A stretch of 64,000 nucleotides of DNA from Eledone cirrhosa (lineage: Eukaryota), in the NCBI GenBank assembly GCA_964016885.1, contig OZ024741.1, positions 5,208,001-5,272,000 on the forward strand, in the 5' to 3' direction. The notes under the pieces are model-generated. The model made no database searches. It was given only the letters and a program-made list of their open reading frames with translations, and was not told where the DNA came from. Position numbers and translations under genes: made by a program. This document shows positions 55,101-64,000 of this stretch, one piece after another; position 1 is the first letter of the stretch; the number at the start of each line of letters is the position of its first letter.

Positions 55101-58100
55101 CAGTGGTCCACTTGAGGAGGTTATTACAGTGGTCCACTTGAGGTTATTACAGTGGTCCACTTGTAGAGGTTATTACAGTGGTGCACTTCAGGTTATTACA
55201 GTGGTCCACATGAGGATTTTATTACAGTGGTCCACTTGAGGTAGCTATTACAGTGGTCCACTTGAGGAGGTTATTACAGTGGTCCACTTTAGGTTATTAC
55301 AGTGGTCCACCTGAGGTTATTACAGTGGTCCACTTGAGGAGGTTATTACAGTGGTCCACTTCAGGTTATTACAGTGGTGCACTTGAGGAGCCTATTACAG
55401 TGGTCCACTTGAGGTTATTAAAGTGGTCCACTTGAGGAGGTTATTACAGTGGTACATTTTAGGTGGCTATTACAGTGGTCCACTTGAGGAGGTTATTACA
55501 GTGGTCCACTTGAGGAGGTTATTACAGTGGTCCACTTGAGGAGGTTATTACAGTGGTCCACTTGAGGTTATTACAGTGGTCCACGTGAGGAGGCTATTAC
55601 AGTGGTCCACTTGAGGTGGCTATTACAGTGGTCCACTTGACGAGGTTATTAAGGTGGTCCACTTGAGGAGGCTATTACAGTGGTCCACTTGAGGAGGCTA
55701 TTACAGAGGTCCACTTGAGGTGGCTATTACAGTGGTCCACTTGAGGTTATTACAGTGGTCCACTTGAGGAGGCTATTACAGTGGTCCACTTGAGAAGGTT
55801 ATTACAGTGGCCCACTTGAGGTTATTACAGTGGTCCACTTGAGGATGTTTTTAGAGTTGTCCACTTGAGGAGGTTATTACAGCGGTCCAATTGAGAAGGG
55901 TATTACAGTGGTCCACTTGAGGAGGCTATTACAGTGGTCCACTTGAGAAGGTCATTACAGTGGCCCACTTGAGGTTATTACAGTGGTCCACTTGAGGATG
56001 TTTTTAGAGTTGTCCACTTGAGGAGGTTATTACAGTGGTCCAATTGAGAAGGTTATTACAGTGGTCCACTTGAGGTCATTACAGTGGTCCACTTGAGGTG
56101 GTTATTACAGCGGTCCACTTGAGGTTATTAAAGTAGTCCAATTGAGGTTATTACAGTGGTCCACTTGAGATTATTCCAGTGGTCCACTTGAGGAGGTTAT
56201 TACAGTGGTCCACTTGAGGTTATTACAGTGGTCCACTTGAGGTTATTACAGTGGTCCACTTGTAGAGGTTATTACAGTGGTGCACTTCAGGTTATTACAG
56301 TGGTCCACATGAGGATTTTATTACAGTGGTCCACTTGAGGTGGCTATTACAGTGGTCCACTTGAGGAGGTTATTACAGTGGTCCACTTGAGGTTATTACA
56401 GTGGTCCACTTGAGGAGGTTATTACAGTGGTCCACTTGAGGAGGTTATTACAGTAGTCCACTTGAGGTGGTTATTACAGTGGTCCACTTGAGGAGGTTAT
56501 TACAGTGGTCCACTTGAGGTTATTACAGTGGTCCACTTGAGGAGGTTATTACAGTGGTCCACTTGAGGTTATTACAGTGGTCCACTTGAGGAGGCTATTA
56601 CAGTGGTCCACTTGAGGTTATTACAGTGGTCCACTTGAGGAGGTTATTACAGTGGTCCACTTGAGGTTATTACAGTGGTCCACTTGAGGAGGTTATTACA
56701 GTGGTCCAATTGAGGAGGTTATTACAGTGGTCCACTTGAGGTTATTACAGTGGGCCACTAGAGGAGGTTATTACAGTGGTCCACTTGAGGTTATTACAGT
56801 GGTCCACTTGAGGAGGCTATTACAGTGGTCCACTTGAGGAGGTTATTACAGTGGTCCACTTGAGGAGGTTATTACAGTAGTCCACTTGAGGAGGTTATTA
56901 CAGTGGTCCACTTGAGGTTATTACAGTGGTCAACTTGAGGAGGTTATTACAGTGGTCAACTTGAGGTTATTACAGTGGTCCACTTGAGGAGGTTATTACA
57001 GTGGTCCACTTGAGGAGGTACTTACAGTGGTCCACTTGAGGAGGTTATTACAGTGGTCCACTTGAGGTTCTTACAGTAGTCCACTTGAGGAGGCTATTAC
57101 AGTGGTCAACTTGAGGTTATTACAGTGGTCCACTTGAGGAGGCTATTACAGTGGTCCACTTGAGGTTATTACAGTGGTGCACTTGAGGAGGTTATTAGAG
57201 TGGTCCACTTGAGGTTATTACAGTGGTCCACTTGAGGAGGCTATTACAGTGGTCCACTTGAGGTTATTACAGTGGTCCACTTGAAGAGGCTATTACAGTG
57301 GTCAACTTGAGAAGGTTATTACAGTGGTCCTCTTGAGGTTATTACAGTGGTCCACTTGAGGAGGCTATTAGAGTGGTCCACTTGAGGAGGTTATTACAGT
57401 GGTCCACTTGAGAAGGTTATTACAGTGGTCCACTTGAGGTTATTACAGTGGTCAACTTGAGGAGGCTATTACAGTGGTCCACTTGAGGTGGTTATTACAG
57501 CGGTCCACTTGAGGTTATTACAGTGGTCCACTTGAGGCTATTACAGTGGTCCACTTGCGGAGGCTATTACAGAGGTCCACTTGAGGAGGTTATTACAGTG
57601 GTCCACTTGAGGAGGTTATTATAGGGGTCCACTTGAGGTGGTTATTACAGTGGTCCACTTGAGAAGGTTATTACGGTGGTCCAGTTTAGGTTATTACAGT
57701 GGTCCACTTGTGGAGGTTATTACAGTGGTCAACTTGAGGTTATTACAGTGGTCCACTTGAGGAGGTTATTACAGTGGTCCACTTGAGTAGGTTATTACAG
57801 TGGTCCACTTGAGGTTATTACAGTGGTCCACTTGAGGAGGTTATTACAGTGGTCCACTTCAGGTTATTACAGTGGTCCACTTGAGGTGGCTATTACAGTG
57901 GTCCACTTGAGGAGGCTATTACAGTGGTCCACTTGAGGAGGTTATTACAGTGGTCCACTTGAGGAGGTTATTACAGTGGTCCACTTGAGGTGGCTATTAC
58001 AGTGGTTCACTTGAGGTTATTACAGTGGTCCAATTGAGGAGGTTATTACAGTGGTCCACTTGAGGTTATTACAGTGGTCCAATTGAGGAGGTTATTACAG

Positions 58101-61100
58101 TGGTCCACTTGAGGAGGTTATTACAGTGGTCCACTTGAGGTTATTACAGTGTTCCACTTGAGGTGGTTACTACAGTGGTCCACTTGAGGAGGTTATTACA
58201 GTTGTCCACTTGAGGTTATTACAGTGGTCCACTTGAGGAGGCTATTACAGTGGTCCACTTAAGGTTATTACAGTGGTCCACTTGAGGAGGTTATTACAGT
58301 GGTCCACTTGAGGCTATTACAGTGGTCCACTTGAGGAGGCCATTACAGTGGTCCACTTGAGCTTATTACAGTGGTCCACTTGAGGAGGCTATTACAGCGG
58401 TCCACTTGAGGTTATTACAGTGGTCCACTTGAGGTTATTACAGTGGTCCACTTGAGGAGGCTATTACAGTGGTCCACTTGAGAAGGTTATTACAGTGGCC
58501 CACTTGAGGTTATAACAGTGGTCCACTTGAGGATGTTTTTAGAGTTGTCCACTTCAGGAGGTTATTACAGTGGTCCAATTGAGAAGGGTATTACAGTGGT
58601 CCACTTGAGGAGGCTATTACAGTGGTCCACTTGAGAAGGTCATTACAGTGGCCCACTTGAGGTTATTACAGTGGTCCACTTGAGGATGTTTTTAGAGTTG
58701 TCCACTTGAGGAGGTTATTACAGTGGTCCAATTGAGAAGGTTATTACAGTGGTCCACTTGAGGTCATTACAGTGGTCCACTTGAGGTGGTTATTACAGCG
58801 GTCCACTTGAGGTTATTAAAGTAGTCCAATTGAGGTTATTACAGTGGTCCACTTGAGGTTATTCCAGTGGTCCACTTGAGGAGGTTATTACAGTGGTCCA
58901 CTTGAGGTTATTACAGTGGTCCACTTGAGGTTATTATAGTGGTCCACTTGTAGAGGTTATTACAGTGGTGCACTTCAGGTTATTACAGTGGTCCACATGA
59001 GGATTTTATTACAGTGGTCCACTTGAGGTTGCTATTACAGTGGTCCACTTGAGGAGGTTATTACAGTGGTCCACTTGAGGTTATTACAGTGGTCCACTTG
59101 AGGTTATTACAGTGGTCCACTTGAGAAGGTTATTACAGTGGTCCACTTGAGGAGGTTATTACAGTGGTCCACTTGGGGAAGTATTACAGTGGTCCACTTG
59201 AGGAGGCTATTACAGTGGTCCACTTGAGGTTATTACAGTGGTCCACTTGAGGAGGTTATTACAGTGGTCCACTTGAGGAGGCTATTACAGTGGTCCACTT
59301 GAGGTTATTACAGTGGTCCACTTGAGGAGGTTATTACAGTGGTCCACTTGAGGAGGTTATTACAGTGGTCCACTTGAGGTTAATACAGAGGTCCACTTGA
59401 GGAGGTTATTACAGTGGTCCACTTGAGGTTATTACAGTGGTTCATTTGAGGAGGTTATTACAGTGGTCCACTTGAGGAGGTTATTACAGTGGTCCACTTG
59501 GGGTTATTACAGTGGTCCACTTGAGGAGGCTATTACAGTGGTCCACTTGAGGTTATTACAGTGGTCCACTTGAAGAGGCTATTACAGTGGTCCACTTGAG
59601 AAGGTTATTAGAGTGGTCCTCTTGAGGTTATTACAGTGGTCCACTTGAGGTGGCTATTAGAGTGGTCCACTTGAGGAGGTTATTACAGTGGTCCACTTGA
59701 GAAGGTTATTACAGTGGTCCACTTGAGGTTATTACAGTGGTCAACTTGAGGAGGCTATTACAGTGGTCCACTTGAGGTGGTTATTACAGCGGTCCACTTG
59801 AGGTTATTACAGTGGTCCACTTGAGGCTATTACAGTGGTCCACTTGCGGAGGCTATTACAGAGGTCCACTTGAGGAGGTTATTACAGTGGTCCACTTGAG
59901 GAGGTTATTATAGGGGTCCACTTGAGGTGGTTATTACAGTGGTCCACTTGAGAAGGTTATTACGGTGGTCCAGTTTACGTTATTACAGTGGTCAACTTGA
60001 GGTTATTACAGTGGTCCACTTGAGGAGGTTATTACAGTGGTCCACTTGAGGAGGTTATTACAGTGGTCCACTTGAGGTTATTACAGTGGTCCACTTGAGG
60101 AGGTTATTACAGTGGTCCACTTGAGGAGGCTATTACAGTGGTCCACTTGAGGAGGTTATTACAGTGGTCCACTTGAGGAGGTTATTACAGTGGTCCACTT
60201 GAGGTGGCTATTACAGTGGTTCACTTGAGGTTATTACAGTGGTCCAATTGAGGAGGTTATTACAGTGGTCCACTTGAGGTTATTACAGTGGTCCAATTGA
60301 GGAGGTTATTACAGTGGTCCACTTGAGGAGGTTATTACAGTGGTCCACTTGAGGTTATTACAGTGTTCCACTTGAGGTGGTTACTACAGTGGTCCACTTG
60401 AGGAGGTTATTACAGTGGTCCACTTGAGGTTATTACAGTGGTCCACTTGAGGAGGCTATTACAGTGGTCCACTTAAGGTTATTACAGTGGTCCACTTGAG
60501 GAGGTTATTACAGTGGTCCACCTGAGGCTATTACAGTGGTCCACTTGAGGAGGCCATTACAGTGGTCCACTTGAGGTTATTACAGTGGTCCACTTGAGGA
60601 GGCTATTACAGCGGTCCACTTGAGGTTATTACAGTGGTCCACTTGAGGTTATTACAGTGGTCCACTTGAGGAGGCTATTACAGTGGTCCACTTGAGAAGG
60701 TTATTACAGTGGCCCACTTGAGGTTATAACAGTGGTCCACTTGAGGATGTTTTTAGAGTTGTCCACTTGAGGAGGTTATTACAGTGGTCCAATTGAGAAG
60801 GGTATTACAGTGATCCACTTGAGGAGGCTATTACAGTGGTCCACTTGAGAAGGTCATTACAGTGGCCCACTTGAGGTTATTACAGTGGTCCACTTGAGGA
60901 TGTTTTTAGAGTTGTCCACTTGAGGAGGTTATTACAGTGGTCCAATTGAGAAGGTTATTACAGTGGTCCACTTGAGGTCATTACAGTGGTCCACTTGAGG
61001 TGGTTATTACAGCGGTCCACTTGAGGTTATTAAAGTAGTCCGATTGAGGTTATTACAGTGGTCCACTTGAGGTTATTCCAGTGGTCCACTTGAGGAGGTT

Positions 61101-64000
61101 ATTACAGTGGTCCACTTGAGGTTATTACAGTGGTCCACTTGAGGTTATTATAGTGGTCCACTTGTAGAGGTTATTACAGTGGTGCACTTCAGGTTATTAC
61201 AGTGGTCCACATGAGGATTTTATTACAGTGGTCCACTTGAGGTGGCTATTACAGTGGTCCACTTGAGGAGGTTATTACAGTGGTCCACTTGAGGTTATTA
61301 CAGTGGTCCACTTGAGGTTATTACAGTGGTCCATTTGAGAAGGTTATTACAGTGGTCCACTTGAGGAGGTTATGACAGTGGTCCACTTGGGGAGGTTATT
61401 ACAGTGGTCCACTTGAGGAGGCTATTACAGTGGTCCACTTGAGGTTATTACAGTGGTCCACTTGAGGAGGTTATTACAGTGGTCCACTTGAGGAGGCTAT
61501 TACAGTGGTCCACTTGAGGTTATTACAGTGGTCCACTTGAGGAGGTTATTACAGTGGTCCACTTGAGGAGGTTATTACAGTGGTCCACTTGAGGTTAATA
61601 CAGAGGTCCACTTGAGGAGGTTATTACAGTGGTCCACTTGAGGTTATTACAGTGGTCCACTTGTAGAGGTTATTACAGTGGTGCACTTCAGGTTATTACA
61701 GTGGTCCACATGAGGATTTTATTACAGTGGTCCACTTGAGGTAGCTATTACAGTGGTCCACTTGAGGAGGTTATTACAGTGGTCCACTTTAGGTTATTAC
61801 AGTGGTCCACCTGAGGTTATTACAGTGGTCCACTTGAGGAGGTTATTACAGTGGTCCACTTCAGGTTATTACAGTGGTGCACTTGAGGAGCCTATTACAG
61901 TGGTCCACTTGAGGTTATTTAAGTGGTCCACTTGAGGAGGTTATTACAGTGGTACATTTTAGGTGGCTATTACAGTGGTCCACTTGAGGAGGTTATTACA
62001 GTGGTCCACTTGAGGAGGTTATTACAGTGGTCCACTTGAGGAGGTTATTACAGTGGTCCACTTGAGGTTGTTACAGTGGTCCACGTGAGGAGGCTATTAC
62101 AGTGGTCCACTTGAGGTGGCTATTACAGTGGTCCACTTGAGGTTATTACAGTGGTTCATTTGAGGAGGTTATTACAGTGGTCCACTTGAGGAGGTTATTA
62201 CAGTGGTCCACTTGGGGTTATTACAGTGGTCCACTTGAGGAGGCTATTACAGTGGTCCACTTGAGGTTATTACAGTGGTCCACTTGAAGAGGCTATTACA
62301 GTGGTCCACTTGAGAAGGTTATTAGAGTGGTCCTCTTGAGGTTATTACAGTGGTCCACTTGAGGTGGCTATTAGAGTGGTCCACTTGAGGAGGTTATTAC
62401 AGTGGTCCACTTGAGAAGGTTATTACAGTGGTCCACTTGAGGTTATTACAGTGGTCAACTTGAGGAGGCTATTACAGTGGTCCACTTGAGGTGGTTATTA
62501 CAGCGGTCCACTTGAGGTTATTACAGTGGTCCACTTGAGGCTATTACAGTGGTCCACTTGCGGAGGCTATTACAGAGGTCCACTTGAGGAGGTTATTACA
62601 GTGGTCCACTTGAGGAGGTTATTATAGGGGTCCACTTGAGGTGGTTATTACAGTGGTCCACTTGAGAAGGTTATTACGGTGGTCCAGTTTACGTTATTAC
62701 AGTGGTCAACTTGAGGTTATTACAGTGGTCCACTTGAGGAGGTTATTACAGTGGTCCACTTGAGGAGGTTATTACAGTGGTCCACTTGAGGTTATTACAG
62801 TGGTCCACTTGAGGAGGTTATTACAGTGGTCCACTTGAGGAGGCTATTACAGTGGTCCACTTGAGGAGGTTATTACAGTGGTCCACTTGAGGAGGTTATT
62901 ACAGTGGTCCACTTGAGGTGGCTATTACAGTGGTTCACTTGAGGTTATTACAGTGGTCCAATTGAGGAGGTTATTACAGTGGTCCACTTGAGGTTATTAC
63001 AGTGGTCCAATTGAGGAGGTTATTACAGTGGTCCACTTGAGGAGGTTATTACAGTGGTCCACTTGAGGTTATTACAGTGTTCCACTTGAGGTGGTTACTA
63101 CAGTGGTCCACTTGAGGAGGTTATTACAGTGGTCCACTTGAGGTTATTACAGTGGTCCACTTGAGGAGGCTATTACAGTGGTCCACTTAAGGTTATTACA
63201 GTGGTCCACTTGAGGAGGTTATTACAGTGGTCCACTTGAGGCTATTACAGTGGTCCACTTGAGGAGGCCATTACAGTGGTCCACTTGAGGTTATTACAGT
63301 GGTCCACTTGAGGAGGCTATTACAGCGGTCCACTTGAGGTTATTACAGTGGTCCACTTGAGGTTATTACAGTGGTCCACTTGAGGAGGCTATTACAGTGG
63401 TCCACTTGAGAAGGTTATTACAGTGGCCCACTTGAGGTTATAACAGTGGTCCACTTGAGGATGTTTTTAGAGTTGTCCACTTGAGGAGGTTATTACAGTG
63501 GTCCAATTGAGAAGGGTATTACAGTGATCCACTTGAGGAGGCTATTACAGTGGTCCACTTGAGAAGGTCATTACAGTGGCCCACTTGAGGTTATTACAGT
63601 GGTCCACTTGAGGATGTTTTTAGAGTTGTCCACTTGAGGAGGTTATTACAGTGGTCCAATTGAGAAGGTTATTACAGTGGTCCACTTGAGGTCATTACAG
63701 TGGTCCACTTGAGGTGGTTATTACAGCGGTCCACTTGAGGTTATTAAAGTAGTCCGATTGAGGTTATTACAGTGGTCCACTTGAGGTTATTCCAGTGGTC
63801 CACTTGAGGAGGTTATTACAGTGGTCCACTTGAGGTTATTACAGTGGTCCACTTGAGGTTATTATAGTGGTCCACTTGTAGAGGTTATTACAGTGGTGCA
63901 CTTCAGGTTATTACAGTGGTCCACATGAGGATTTTATTACAGTGGTCCACTTGAGGTGGCTATTACAGTGGTCCACTTGAGGAGGTTATTACAGTGGTCC
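49107..64000. repeat. Satellite 2: mixed 23-bp (GAGGTTATTACAGTGGTCCACTT) and 26-bp (extra GAG) monomers, runs off the right edge
   Basis: Both periods are directly visible. Each unit contains the palindrome AGTGG-T-CCACT. Kilobase-scale duplications of 2220 and 2714 bp are present. Confidence 0.98.

Noticed and set aside
49107-64000. CRISPR-like array (short palindromic repeats)
   Set aside because: Repeats are contiguous with no unique spacers, no cas genes are present and the context is eukaryotic; it is a satellite.

Overview
Eukaryotic, gene-free, repeat-saturated DNA; the SINE/LINE families resemble octopus (cephalopod) repeats as I recall them, which is an inference. There are three blocks. 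(1) 1-34583 is an AT-rich 50-bp satellite with nested higher-order duplications and one tRNA-SINE insertion. (2) About 34584-49106 is a 14.5-kb island of nested mobile elements and microsatellites: RTE LINE pieces (one with a PHD finger inside the RT region), a TTAA/piggyBac-type MITE, a CR1/L2-type LINE with a 566-aa open RT frame, a Penelope-like (Naiad-type RT + GIY-YIG) element, R4/Dong-type LINE copies sitting in (CATA)n, non-autonomous RTE-like units and SINEs. (3) About 49107-64000 is a second satellite built from 23- and 26-bp monomers with an internal palindrome. The most notable non-coding signals are two different hammerhead-ribozyme folds: a minimal type I fold 3' of the Penelope ORF, and a U3-A8 core variant carried in a ~385-bp inverted repeat next to a perfect 60-bp palindrome that ends at the cleavage triplet. 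No host protein-coding genes, CRISPR arrays or rRNA are supported. Coordinates were read by eye and may be off by a few bases.
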